64,000 bases of DNA from a virus. The stretch spans positions 1 through 64,000 of IMG/VR virus record IMGVR_UViG_3300043409_000956. The stretch is one strand, 5' to 3'. A model generated the notes under the pieces. That model was not told the DNA's origin. It was given only the letters and a program-made list of their open reading frames with translations, and did not search any database. This document shows positions 19,438 to 29,244 of this stretch, in pieces. Each line of letters starts with the position of its first letter. Position 1 is the stretch's first letter. Made by a program: the position numbers and the translations under genes.

Positions 19438-20160
19438 TTAGGCTAACTTAGAGTACACAAAGTACAGTCTATCATTAGCATCCTTTTTAAAAGTTTCTAA
19501 TTTAAGACTGTACTTGTCTTCAAACTCTCGAACTATTTCAAATGTCCAAGGAAATATATCAACGTATGGTCCAGTTTTGTGCGGAATACCTGGATTGGCT
19601 CGCAGAAAAAATGAGCCACCTGCCCGAAGCATATTAACGCATTTTGCAAAGCGAGCTTCAATTTCATCCCGGCTATTAAAGTTAATGCTACCTAGGGCAA
19701 TGATAACATCATGCTCACCGACATAGTCAAGAATGTCAACCATATAATCAGCGCAGTTGTTGTAGGGATCAATCCCTACCAAGTTATTGATTCGCCCTTT
19801 GAATGGGTGATATCCACAACCCACGTCTAGCACACTCTTGGGATTCAGCGCATTGATTTCATCTACTAGATGCCATCCGGTATAATCATAGTCTCCGGTC
19901 CGGGGTTTCCAAATCTCACCAAAGAATCGGTTGATGTAACGTTCACTAAGATCGTGCGTGATATCTTTAAGCGTTCCAACGTAGTCACAGGGCAGACTTA
20001 GTTCTGCTTCCACAGCATCTTTAAATTTGCTGTAGCGGGCAGGAGTCCATGGTAGCGTATCCACTACAGTAGTTTCGTCTATGACTATGTTAGAGTACTT
20101 GGGTAAATTAAATGCTTCTTGTAAATTTTTTGTTAAGAGTGCAAAAATTTTAGTATTCAT
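19438..20160 (-). CDS. Class I SAM-dependent methyltransferase with an extra N-terminal helical domain
   Basis: VLDVGCG and GID motifs. Confidence 0.78.
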   Translation of the reverse strand: MNTKIFALLTKNLQEAFNLPKYSNIVIDETTVVDTLPWTPARYSKFKDAVEAELSLPCDYVGTLKDITHDLSERYINRFFGEIWKPRTGDYDYTGWHLVDEINALNPKSVLDVGCGYHPFKGRINNLVGIDPYNNCADYMVDILDYVGEHDVIIALGSINFNSRDEIEARFAKCVNMLRAGGSFFLRANPGIPHKTGPYVDIFPWTFEIVREFEDKYSLKLETFKKDANDRLYFVYSKLA

Positions 20161-20238
20161 TGAAATTTTTTCCTATTTGATAAATAAATTTGCACCAAGT
20201 GCAATTTTTCTATAAGTATTTAATCAAAGGAACTACAC

Positions 20239-21195
20239 ATGAAAAAACTTCTTGCCCTATTGGCATTACTTCCCGCTTTGGCTTTTGCATGGCAACCCAC
20301 ACGGCCAGTTACTGTTATATTCCCAAATGGACCTGGTGCGGGAAATGAAATCTCATTTCGTATAGTGGCCAGCATAGTCGAGCGTGAAACAGGAGCTAAA
20401 TTCAATCCCGAGTATCGCCCGGGTGCCGATGGCAACATTGCCATTAACCACTTTGTTACGGTGCCTGCAGATGGACACACCATAAGTGTGCCAGCTTGCC
20501 AATCAAATTGGGTCACTCCTGAAATATGGTACTCTAACATGGTCAAATACAATCCCATGGATCTAGAGCCTGTGGCCAATATTGCTCGCAGTCCCTTGGC
20601 ATTCTGGGCCACGCCCAAGAGCGCAATTAATACTCCCGATGAATTAATAGCACTTATTCGCAAAAAAGAACGGCCCATAACATTTGCTATTGGTGGCGGC
20701 GGGCACAGACTGGCAGTGGAATATCTAGTAGATAAGCTACGTGTACCTGGTGGAGATCGGGTAGAAACTGTCATGTACAAAGGTCCTGCACAGGCATTGT
20801 TAGATGTCATGGGCGGCCATGTTGAGTTTGCGGTCACTCCTGTTGCTGTGGGCTACCCACATGTACAAGCAGGCCGACTACGACTAATTGGTATTGCAGA
20901 CACACGCATATTACCTGGTTTAGAGAGTGTACCTTTGATGAGCCGTGCCGCGCCGGGGCTAAGTATACACGGCTGTTGGAATATTGTATTACCACCAGGT
21001 ACGCCACAAGACGTACAAACATGGTATCACGAAAAATTTGTACCTGCCATACGCTCAGCAGAAGCCGCTGAAAAGTTTCGTGAAAACATGATGTATATCA
21101 CGCCCGAAGAACACACACCTGCAGGTGTACGTGTCGCTATGCTAAGATTACAACAAACTTGGCAACCTATCGCTAAAAGGATTCGACCAGAATGA
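20239..21195 (+). CDS. Tripartite tricarboxylate transporter substrate-binding protein (Bug/TctC family)
   Basis: Signal peptide; P.RPVTVIFP..PG.G, RPGADGNIA, PADGHT, YKGPAQALLDVMGGHV and PPGTP motifs. Confidence 0.9.
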   Translation: MKKLLALLALLPALAFAWQPTRPVTVIFPNGPGAGNEISFRIVASIVERETGAKFNPEYRPGADGNIAINHFVTVPADGHTISVPACQSNWVTPEIWYSNMVKYNPMDLEPVANIARSPLAFWATPKSAINTPDELIALIRKKERPITFAIGGGGHRLAVEYLVDKLRVPGGDRVETVMYKGPAQALLDVMGGHVEFAVTPVAVGYPHVQAGRLRLIGIADTRILPGLESVPLMSRAAPGLSIHGCWNIVLPPGTPQDVQTWYHEKFVPAIRSAEAAEKFRENMMYITPEEHTPAGVRVAMLRLQQTWQPIAKRIRPE

Positions 21196-21812
21196 AATAT
21201 ATTTTTGTAAGTGGAGCCCCGGGCTCTAAGTGGAGCTCTGTAGTTAAAAACATTTACTACAGTCCTGATGTTGATTCAAGTGACTATAGTGAAGCTAGAA
21301 CATATCGACATGACGCTACAGGCACAATGGAGTTATTACACATGGGTGTATACTGGGGTCCGGCTATGGAATTTGGCAACCATTTTGAACGTTTGGATCA
21401 GTACACACGTGAACAAAACGAAGCAGAGTTTGATGCTCCGTTTTCAGGCTCAGGTGTACGCATTATTAAAAGTCATGTGTTTGGTTATCACATTGACTAC
21501 ATTAAAAAGACCTGGCCCGATTGTCCCATTGTGCTAGTGGATCGTACCGACGATGCTTGTCTAGGTTGGTGGGTCAAGTGCGGAGAATTTAAAATAACAT
21601 ATCCATTATATAGAGATTACTATAAAGATCTTCGTGAAATGTCTGCGGCCATTGCCCGAGAAAATCGTGGCAATAGGCAAGCCGCAAGAGATTACCCAGG
21701 ACGGGTAGTAGAAACCAATAGACAACTAGCTAGAGTATGTGGTATTCAAGTTCCTGCACCTGAATACTATCAAGACTATATTGCGTCCGACATAAAGGTA
21801 ACAGTGATATGA
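21192..21812 (+). CDS. Sulfotransferase-like/P-loop fold protein
   Basis: IFVSGAPGSKWSS, RIIKSH and IVLVDR resemble sulfotransferase PAPS-binding elements. Confidence 0.45.
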   Translation: MKYIFVSGAPGSKWSSVVKNIYYSPDVDSSDYSEARTYRHDATGTMELLHMGVYWGPAMEFGNHFERLDQYTREQNEAEFDAPFSGSGVRIIKSHVFGYHIDYIKKTWPDCPIVLVDRTDDACLGWWVKCGEFKITYPLYRDYYKDLREMSAAIARENRGNRQAARDYPGRVVETNRQLARVCGIQVPAPEYYQDYIASDIKVTVI

Positions 21813-22462
21813 AAAGCAACTGGGAAGCAAGTCGAGCACGAAGTGATTATCACTTTAATCCCGGCATTAAAGACAATCCAATGGACGTCATGCAGTACCT
21901 GGGATACGTTACTCCCATATGGACTGCTGACATTGAAGATATTGTTGCCAATGCCAAGCCCGCAACATGGGCCACACGTGGTTACAAAGGTGAGGGTATT
22001 ATGGCCCCGCGTGAAGATCTTGCCATGGAAGAATACGACTTAACCAGTCATGGCATGAGCCGGGACTTGCCTATAACACATCTTAATTGGCGCATACCCG
22101 AAAGTCTACAACGACTAAGCGATGAGTTTGGATTAGCAGACTGTATGGATCGTATTCATGTACAGATGCCTGGCGAAATTTGGAACTTACATCTAGACAA
22201 GTTGTCAAAATGGGCACCAGATGATCCTACAAATGTCGTACGTATTATGATACAGTTAACCGACTGGGCGCCAGGGCAGTTTTGGGAATATGGCAACTAT
22301 CATTATCACCAATGGCATGCTGGAGATGTAACCACATTTGATTGGGCCAACATACCGCATTGCACAGCAAATGCTGGGTTCCATCCCAGAGTTACATTTC
22401 AGATCACCGGTGTTAAAACCGAGCAAACACAAGTCATGCTAGATAGGTTACATCATGGTTGA
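21809..22462 (+). CDS. Putative Fe(II)/2-oxoglutarate dioxygenase-like protein
   Basis: HLD...PHCTAN...RVTFQ pattern (HxD...H...R). Confidence 0.6.
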   Translation: MKSNWEASRARSDYHFNPGIKDNPMDVMQYLGYVTPIWTADIEDIVANAKPATWATRGYKGEGIMAPREDLAMEEYDLTSHGMSRDLPITHLNWRIPESLQRLSDEFGLADCMDRIHVQMPGEIWNLHLDKLSKWAPDDPTNVVRIMIQLTDWAPGQFWEYGNYHYHQWHAGDVTTFDWANIPHCTANAGFHPRVTFQITGVKTEQTQVMLDRLHHG

Positions 22463-22664
22463 CACTCCGTTACGTAGTCTAGCAAAAGCAATAAGCTGGC
22501 GAGTGACCGGAACTGTAGATACATTTATCATCAGTTGGCTTATTACTGGACAAGTATTACTAGCCAGCGGGATTGCACTGACTGAAATAATGACTAAAAT
22601 ATTCCTATTTTGGGTCCACGAGCGTGTTTGGAATAAGATTTCCTGGCAAAGACAACAACAGTAG
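22455..22664 (+). CDS. DUF2061-like small membrane protein
   Basis: RSLAKAISWR...HERVW signature. Confidence 0.8.
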   Translation: MVDTPLRSLAKAISWRVTGTVDTFIISWLITGQVLLASGIALTEIMTKIFLFWVHERVWNKISWQRQQQ

Positions 22665-22704
22665 ATATATTGTTGGGCTAAATAATATATCAGCGGAATA
22701 AACC

Positions 22705-23274
22705 ATGGCCAACCATATTAAAGATGTAATACAAAACACCAAAGAAATCTACATGAGTGATAGTGCTCTAAGCACCCTTATGGACTTTGAGCGTGTACTA
22801 GACGAACTAGACATGTATGTGTTTAAGAATTGGAAGGCGGGCGAATTGGTAGCAGGTCCTGCTTATGAAAAGTATTTTATAACCTGTACATTCATGTGGC
22901 CGCACCGGTTAATGCCCGACCCGCGCGGAGCAGATCGTTTGATGGAATACGACTGCGAAATCAAGTGGACCAAGGATGTGTTAGAATATCCTGTTACGGT
23001 CAAAGAGCCCGGTGATTTTAGGCCTGGCACTAAGATGCCTAGACTGGGAAAAATTCCGGTATGGCTAGTGGAAATTACCATGCCCAAGAAACTAATGTTT
23101 GAAATTGAACGTGGATCACTGGAATTAGAAAGCGAAAGTGTAGAAGCAGAAGATGTCGAATCAGCTTACGAAACTGGCGCAGATGATTTAGAAGCACAAG
23201 GACAAGCCGCAGGAGCAACAGCACCTGCCGCGCCAGCACCCGCAGGAGCACCTGCACCAGCACCGGTGGCATAA
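22705..23274 (+). CDS. Conserved hypothetical phage protein
   Basis: 189-aa ORF, late-type promoter upstream, Ala/Pro-rich tail. Confidence 0.7.
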   Translation: MANHIKDVIQNTKEIYMSDSALSTLMDFERVLDELDMYVFKNWKAGELVAGPAYEKYFITCTFMWPHRLMPDPRGADRLMEYDCEIKWTKDVLEYPVTVKEPGDFRPGTKMPRLGKIPVWLVEITMPKKLMFEIERGSLELESESVEAEDVESAYETGADDLEAQGQAAGATAPAAPAPAGAPAPAPVA

Positions 23275-23275
23275 T

Positions 23276-23854
23276 ATGAAACAATTATTTGAAGGCCTAG
23301 AAACAGGCGACTTAAAAAGATTAATACACACAGAACTGCACATTGACGAGTTTAAAAGCAAGTTGGGAGCGGATGAAGATACTGTGGTGATCAGTTTCAA
23401 AGTCAAGGGCAAAGAGCCTGCACAAGACCTAGTCAACTTTATTGAAAAAGGTTACGAGTGGGTTATTGATGCAGATGTCAGTTCAGGAGAAATGGACGAT
23501 GGCGATTTTATTGTTTTCATTGAATGTGATCGTACTCCCAAATTGGCACAAGAGCTTGTTGAAATGATGGAGGACATCATGAACATCACAGAACAAACGG
23601 CAGAAGATTGGCGTGTACGTTATTACACCAGCCAAGAAGATCACAAGCTGGATGTAGACAGCCTACGCAATTTAATTCCCAGTACTCCCGAAGAGTATGA
23701 ACGTAAATTTGGCCACAAAGACCAAGAGCACAAAGAAAAAGGTGACGACCGTGACCTGGACAACATGCGCTCTGCGGCCGGCATCAAAGTTAAAACCAAA
23801 GCACCCAAAAACGAATACACTGAAAGTCTAAGGATTGCGGCCGGTATTCGTTAA
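23276..23854 (+). CDS. Conserved hypothetical phage protein
   Basis: 192-aa acidic ORF. Confidence 0.7.
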   Translation: MKQLFEGLETGDLKRLIHTELHIDEFKSKLGADEDTVVISFKVKGKEPAQDLVNFIEKGYEWVIDADVSSGEMDDGDFIVFIECDRTPKLAQELVEMMEDIMNITEQTAEDWRVRYYTSQEDHKLDVDSLRNLIPSTPEEYERKFGHKDQEHKEKGDDRDLDNMRSAAGIKVKTKAPKNEYTESLRIAAGIR

Positions 23855-23859
23855 AGTCA

Positions 23860-24747
23860 ATGATTGACCTAATTACTGTTGTATTTCAACAAGAATTAAA
23901 TTTCTTAAAGGTTCAAGCACAGTCCATAGAACTATACATACAGCAAGCGGATCTTGGCAACATTTATGTTGTTGTCAATGATGATGATTCTGTTGTAGAT
24001 CTAATAGACTCTCGATGGTGGGGCATAAACCAAGCAAAAGTCAAAGTTATATCGTATAGTTGTTGGAACTACTCAAGTAGAATCAACGGATGGGAAAACC
24101 AACAACTGTGTAAATTATTAGCGGCCGGTTCAGCTGAACATGAATGGAGCATGAGCTTAGATGCCAAGACTTGGTTTGTGCAACCCGTGGACTTGACAAA
24201 ACTGTTTGATGATCAAGGGCGTGTTACTGCTGGAACAGTTCCTGTGTTTACTGTATTTGATAGTAGTAAAGAATTCCTAGAAAAGTATTATGCGGTTAGC
24301 ATGCCTAACATCATTGGTCCACAGGGTGTGCCATTTGTATTTCATACCGCAACAGTTAAAGAACTAATAAACAGCCATCAAGACTTTACGGAATTTTTTC
24401 AAACCAACGTTAGGTATCCTCACTTGATTACTGAATTTCATTTGTATTCTAGTTTTGTGCTGTCTAGAGATACCACCTACGAACATTTATACAATAAAAC
24501 CCAGTATTATACCTGTTGCAACATTGCTGACTCTGACGTTGACAATTTTGATCAACATTATGCCAGGATGCTGTCTGACAAAAAATTACTGACTGCAAGT
24601 ATACACCGTCGTGCTTATCCGTTATTAAATTCAAAACAATTAATAAACTGGACACAATTCTTACTCCAACGAGGGCTAAATATTAGAGCTATCCTAGGAG
24701 AACAGCAATTATGGCATTCGAATTTGACTTCACTGTCGCCCAACTAA
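23860..24747 (+). CDS. Glycosyltransferase-like (GT-A fold) protein
   Basis: NGWENQQLCKL, SLDAK and TEFHLY motifs. Confidence 0.55.
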   Translation: MIDLITVVFQQELNFLKVQAQSIELYIQQADLGNIYVVVNDDDSVVDLIDSRWWGINQAKVKVISYSCWNYSSRINGWENQQLCKLLAAGSAEHEWSMSLDAKTWFVQPVDLTKLFDDQGRVTAGTVPVFTVFDSSKEFLEKYYAVSMPNIIGPQGVPFVFHTATVKELINSHQDFTEFFQTNVRYPHLITEFHLYSSFVLSRDTTYEHLYNKTQYYTCCNIADSDVDNFDQHYARMLSDKKLLTASIHRRAYPLLNSKQLINWTQFLLQRGLNIRAILGEQQLWHSNLTSLSPN

Positions 24748-25343
24748 AACAAATCGTCCCTGGTAATCCCTATATCGATCATTGGTATGAGGCATTGTCG
24801 GAAATATGTCCCGACTACGACATCAACACACCACAGCGCCTGGCGGCTTTCTTAGCCCAATGTGCTCATGAGTCAGGTGGCTTCAAAGCAATCAAAGAAA
24901 ACTTAAACTATAGACCAGCAACCCTGGTCACGTTGTTTAAAAAGTACTTTGACCAACCCACAGCAGAACGCTACTGCGCCATGCCCGACAAGCAGGCCGC
25001 AATTGCCAACAAGATATATGCTAACAGAATGGGTAACGGCCCAGAAGAGAGTGGCGACGGATATCGTTATTGTGGTCGTGGCTTAATACAGTTAACTGGC
25101 AAAGACAACTACACTCGTTACGCTCAAAGTACAGAACAAACTGTGGAAGAAGCCAGCGAGCACCTGACAACATTCGAAGGCTGTGTACAAAGTGCCGCTT
25201 GGTTCTGGGAAGCCAACAACTTAAATCAGTATGCAGACACAGGCGATATTCTAACAATGACCAAACGTATCAATGGCGGAACCATTGGCTTAGAAGATCG
25301 CAAGAAACATTATGAACATGCTTGTCACGTACTAGGTGCATAA
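24711..25343 (+). CDS. Endolysin, glycoside hydrolase family 19
   Basis: AAFLAQCAHESGG, ENLNY, YANRMGNG, GRGLIQLTGKDNY and TKRINGG motifs. Confidence 0.93.
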   Translation: MAFEFDFTVAQLKQIVPGNPYIDHWYEALSEICPDYDINTPQRLAAFLAQCAHESGGFKAIKENLNYRPATLVTLFKKYFDQPTAERYCAMPDKQAAIANKIYANRMGNGPEESGDGYRYCGRGLIQLTGKDNYTRYAQSTEQTVEEASEHLTTFEGCVQSAAWFWEANNLNQYADTGDILTMTKRINGGTIGLEDRKKHYEHACHVLGA

Positions 25344-25346
25344 ACC

Positions 25347-26075
25347 ATGCCAACAATAGGTCCAGGAATAACTGTAGGTCCAGGAATAACTGTAGACGGT
25401 TTTAGTGTAGTTACCTCAGGTTTGTTGCAGTATCTTGATGCTGGAAACCCTGCAAGTTACCCCGGTACTGGCACCACCTGGACTGATTTGAGTGGTAATG
25501 CCAACAACGGTACTCTTGTCAATTCGCCAAGTTTTATTAGTGCAGATGGTGGCGGATGTATTCAACTGGATGGTATTAACGATTATATCACGCTTCCCAC
25601 AACCGGATTTGCACCAGCCAGTCTAACTATAGATTATTGGATAAAGAGAATAAGTGATAACGGATACTTTTGGGTAATAGATAATAATGACCAACCTGAG
25701 TTGCGGATGCTTTTTCAGTCATCAGGGAAATTACAAATATATTTCTATGATGATGGTGGATATTTTTCAACCGCCCTATCCTCGACTACATTTAGTACCG
25801 GTTCGTGGTATAATATTACAGCCACTCTTACTAACGGTTCACAGAATGTATACATTAACGGTAATCAAGAAATATTAACCACTACCGGAACATATACAGG
25901 TAACCCAGGTGGTAATGCAGGTGAACATACCCTAGGTACATATAACCGACCAAGTCCAGGTTATGGAGGTTATGCCAATGTACGAATAGGTGGCTTCAAG
26001 TTCTATAACCGAGTATTGACCACAATTGAAATAACACAAAATTATAATGCGGTACGCGGCAGATACGGATTATAA
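25347..26075 (+). CDS. LamG/concanavalin A-like lectin-domain virion protein
   Basis: LDAGNPASYPGTGTTWTDLSG...YNRVLT..EITQNYNA.RGRYGL. Confidence 0.8.
   Translation: MPTIGPGITVGPGITVDGFSVVTSGLLQYLDAGNPASYPGTGTTWTDLSGNANNGTLVNSPSFISADGGGCIQLDGINDYITLPTTGFAPASLTIDYWIKRISDNGYFWVIDNNDQPELRMLFQSSGKLQIYFYDDGGYFSTALSSTTFSTGSWYNITATLTNGSQNVYINGNQEILTTTGTYTGNPGGNAGEHTLGTYNRPSPGYGGYANVRIGGFKFYNRVLTTIEITQNYNAVRGRYGL
25357..25395 (+). repeat. 18-bp tandem duplication (TAGGTCCAGGAATAACTG x2)
   Basis: Exact repeat encoding IGPGITVGPGITV. Confidence 0.9.
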
Positions 26076-26096
26076 TAAATATTAGAAGGAAAAATA

Positions 26097-26543
26097 ATGT
26101 GGATGTTGAGTTTTATTCCTGATGCGTGGTTACACTTGGCAGTGCTGAGTGTATTGGGATTGGGTGCCGTAATTTATGTGCTCAGTTACTTTACTGTGCT
26201 GGTTCCGCCGTTGATGCCTGCTCGAGAATTTATTAGAATACTTGGCACACTGATCATCGTGGCGGGCGTGTTCTTTTACGGCAGTTACGACACAGAGATG
26301 AGCTGGCGCGATCGTGTTGCAGAAGCAGAAGCACGAGTTGCCAAAGTAGAAGTGGCAAGTAAAACAGCCAACGATAAAATTGAAGCAAAGGCCAAAGAAC
26401 GAGTCAAGGTTATATATCAGCAAGGCACAATCGTACGACAATACATTGACCGTGAAGTTGTCAAGTACGATGATTCATGTAAAATTCCCGACGCGGTAGT
26501 TCGAGCACACAATGCCGCGGCCAAGAATGAGGAAATCAAATGA
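26097..26543 (+). CDS. Putative inner-membrane spanin (Rz-like)
   Basis: N-terminal TM segments and a periplasmic coiled coil with a C-terminal Cys; precedes a lipoprotein gene. Confidence 0.7.
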   Translation: MWMLSFIPDAWLHLAVLSVLGLGAVIYVLSYFTVLVPPLMPAREFIRILGTLIIVAGVFFYGSYDTEMSWRDRVAEAEARVAKVEVASKTANDKIEAKAKERVKVIYQQGTIVRQYIDREVVKYDDSCKIPDAVVRAHNAAAKNEEIK

Positions 26544-26809
26544 GATATTTGTTAGTGACAATAGCATTGATGTTATCGGCATGTGGTACTACCGTACCAG
26601 TTGTTGCCAAATTCCCCGATGAACCGGGCAAAGCCGCTATGGAACCATGTCCACAGCTGACCACAGTAGACAACGGGGTTAAGTTAAGTGAATTGACTCG
26701 GACTGTTACTATGAATTATAACACATACTACGAATGTGCAGTCAAGATGGATACCTGGATTGAGTGGTATCAGATACAGAAAAAAATACACGAGGATCTT
26801 AAGAAATGA
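26540..26809 (+). CDS. Putative outer-membrane spanin (Rz1-like lipoprotein)
   Basis: Lipobox LSAC, Pro-rich segment and NY..Y.EC motif. Confidence 0.72.
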   Translation: MRYLLVTIALMLSACGTTVPVVAKFPDEPGKAAMEPCPQLTTVDNGVKLSELTRTVTMNYNTYYECAVKMDTWIEWYQIQKKIHEDLKK

Positions 26810-27165
26810 AAAAGTTCTTATATATTGCTGTGGTGTTATTAACAGGTTGTTCAACTTTACAAGACTTAAAGCAATACATACCACGTGATCATGATCCTGT
26901 TATGTTTAACTACCTAGTCATCACTGACATAGCCATCAAGCACATAGATTGCGAGCGAGCAGACTGGGGTGAGGCACACCGCAATGCTGAGATTTTAGCG
27001 CAATATACCGAATGGCGTCGAGATCCACAATCCACAAACATCAAGGGCCTTTCAGCACATACAGAACGTATGGCCAAGGGTGGCAGTAAAACATTTTGTG
27101 AACTAGGCAAGAAGACTGCCGCACAAAGAATAGAAGCGGCACGGTCCGCATGGCAAGGAAGATAA
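26806..27165 (+). CDS. Lipoprotein
   Basis: Lipobox LTGC. Confidence 0.7.
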   Translation: MKKFLYIAVVLLTGCSTLQDLKQYIPRDHDPVMFNYLVITDIAIKHIDCERADWGEAHRNAEILAQYTEWRRDPQSTNIKGLSAHTERMAKGGSKTFCELGKKTAAQRIEAARSAWQGR

Positions 27166-27166
27166 T

Positions 27167-27355
27167 ATGCATCCACTAGAACAAGAAATCCAGTCAATCA
27201 CAGAACAATGCCAATTGGGTAATATCAGTGAGGATGAGCGTAATTATTTGTTAACTGAGATTAGAGACATTCGTGCGGCACAAGAGTGTGCAGGCAACGA
27301 ACAACTATTTAGATACGTTGTACAGGCATGCAATGTCGCAATGTGTCTTGTTTAA
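27167..27355 (+). CDS. Hypothetical protein
   Basis: 62-aa ORF. Confidence 0.55.
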   Translation: MHPLEQEIQSITEQCQLGNISEDERNYLLTEIRDIRAAQECAGNEQLFRYVVQACNVAMCLV

Positions 27356-27373
27356 GGAATAAGGAATTAACAT

Positions 27374-27937
27374 ATGGCATTAATCGATTCAGTATTAAAT
27401 TTAGTAAACAAAACACCCAAAGATCCAGACGCACCCAAGCCCGTAGTGGGATCTAGATCCGAGCGTGAAGCACGTATCAAAGACCGAGCAGGTATGGTTA
27501 TTTCTGTGTTTGCACTGTTATTGGCAGTAAATTCTTGGTATGGTGGTAAATTATCAAGTGCAGTATTAAACAATACATTAGGTGCCAACAACACTTGGGC
27601 ACAGTATCAAGCAAAGGCGGGTCGTGGTGTTAGTTATGAACTTGCGGCTAAGACAACTACTGATTCAAAACTAAAAGCAGAGTTCATGGCAGAGAAAGAC
27701 CGCATGGACAATGACAAGAAAGAACTTGCTACTAAAGCAAAAGCCATGGAAGCTGTCCGTGAAGAAGCCAAAAAAGGATCACCATGGATTGCTTATGCCA
27801 ATACTGCATACCAATTAGCCATTGTTGTGTTATCTGCAAGTATTCTTGCAGTTAGTATGCCAATGTTTTGGGGCAGTTTTGCAGTAGCGGCCATAGGAAT
27901 TCTATTGTCAGCCAATGGGTTATATTTGTGGTTTTAA
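27374..27937 (+). CDS. DUF4337-like membrane protein
   Basis: TM, then WAQYQAK, coiled coil, QLAIVVLSASIL and a TM pattern. Confidence 0.65.
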   Translation: MALIDSVLNLVNKTPKDPDAPKPVVGSRSEREARIKDRAGMVISVFALLLAVNSWYGGKLSSAVLNNTLGANNTWAQYQAKAGRGVSYELAAKTTTDSKLKAEFMAEKDRMDNDKKELATKAKAMEAVREEAKKGSPWIAYANTAYQLAIVVLSASILAVSMPMFWGSFAVAAIGILLSANGLYLWF

Positions 27938-27969
27938 AGGTAAATATCAATATCAACTAGGAGCCAGAC

Positions 27970-28539
27970 ATGACAGAAGAAGTTAAAAGCGCAAGCGAAA
28001 CAAAAAAAGAAGACTGGATGAACAGCAAGTGGCGTCCCATGATGGGTTGGATGTACATGTTGGTGTGTACCATGGACTTTGTGGGTTTTCCTGTGCTATG
28101 GAGCCTGTTACAGGCCATGAGTAAGGGTGCAGTTAATGTACAATGGCAACCCTTAACTCTACAAGGTGCAGGACTATTTCACATAGCAATGGGTGCAGTA
28201 CTGGGACTAGCGGCATACGGTCGTACACAAGAAAAACTAGGCGGCGCCAATAATGGCGGGATTAACCTAGGAGCAGGCACAAGTTACACACCACCGGCAC
28301 CTGTTGCTGGTACAGGATTTGGAGGAACAACAAATGCAACAACCAACACACCCGGCGGATTTACAGCGCCTAGCGCACCTGCAACAGGAGGCTTTAACAG
28401 CAATCCAGGCGCTGGAGCGGCATCGTTTGGATCCGCACCCGCACCAAGCGGCTTTGACTCAGGCAGCTTTGGAAGCGCACCTGCAACAACAGCATCAGGA
28501 AAGAAAATAGTTCCTGGATTTGATCAACCATTAATTTAA
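27970..28539 (+). CDS. Holin-like protein (GTA 3TM holin family) with a Gly/Ala/Pro-rich tail
   Basis: WRPMMGW.Y...MGAVLGLAAYGRTQEK motif. Confidence 0.7.
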   Translation: MTEEVKSASETKKEDWMNSKWRPMMGWMYMLVCTMDFVGFPVLWSLLQAMSKGAVNVQWQPLTLQGAGLFHIAMGAVLGLAAYGRTQEKLGGANNGGINLGAGTSYTPPAPVAGTGFGGTTNATTNTPGGFTAPSAPATGGFNSNPGAGAASFGSAPAPSGFDSGSFGSAPATTASGKKIVPGFDQPLI

Positions 28540-28548
28540 GGAACAACA

Positions 28549-28692
28549 ATGTTAGAAACATTATTTTGGATTTTTGTAGGTGCATTTGTAGGTTGGAACT
28601 TTCCCCAACCCGAATTTGCAAAAAGCATACAAACCCGGTACTTGCAAAAGTACATTGACCGATTAAAAACAATATTATTCTTTTGGAGATAA
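28549..28692 (+). CDS. Small membrane protein (47 aa, not in the ORF track)
   Basis: MLETLFWIFVGAFVGWNFPQP...; AAGGA RBS. Confidence 0.7.
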   Translation: MLETLFWIFVGAFVGWNFPQPEFAKSIQTRYLQKYIDRLKTILFFWR

Positions 28693-28696
28693 TGCT

Positions 28697-29020
28697 ATGG
28701 CAGATGAATCAGCAAAAGGAATGTTTATAGAGAAACTATTGTTTGCTCTACTACCCTTAATTATAGCAGGTGTAGGTTATTTGTTAAATGCAGTTAGTAC
28801 CCTCAATCATCAAGTAACGGTATTGGAAAGCAAAGTAAGTTTAGTTGTAACATCGGATAACAAGCAGGCATCAAATACTGGTGCTGAACTTGCTCGTGAA
28901 AAACTACGTCAAGACCTAACAGAAGCAATTCAACGCAATCGTGATGCTATTCAAGCAAACAGAGAACAAATTTCTATACACGAAGAAAAATTAAAATCAC
29001 TTGCGGGTAGAGGCAAATAA
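28697..29020 (+). CDS. Single-TM coiled-coil protein
   Basis: Hydrophobic N-terminal segment followed by heptads. Confidence 0.65.
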   Translation: MADESAKGMFIEKLLFALLPLIIAGVGYLLNAVSTLNHQVTVLESKVSLVVTSDNKQASNTGAELAREKLRQDLTEAIQRNRDAIQANREQISIHEEKLKSLAGRGK

Positions 29021-29021
29021 T

Positions 29022-29234
29022 ATGAACGCATTAAAGAGTATGTTAAGTGATGACACAGGTGCAGTAAGCAGTAAGCGTACTATCACCTTTTTGTCATTTT
29101 TGCTATGTGCCGCGGCATTTGTAGCAGATCTGGGGTGGGATTTGAAAGTAGACTTTCCAGTCTTTCAGGCAATGATGTATATTGTTATTGCAGGGTTAGG
29201 ATTTACAGCAAGCGAAAAGTTTGCAACCAAATAA
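29022..29234 (+). CDS. Small two-TM protein (holin-like)
   Basis: SSKR followed by two TM segments and a SEKF ending. Confidence 0.6.
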   Translation: MNALKSMLSDDTGAVSSKRTITFLSFLLCAAAFVADLGWDLKVDFPVFQAMMYIVIAGLGFTASEKFATK

Positions 29235-29244
29235 GGAAATCAAT

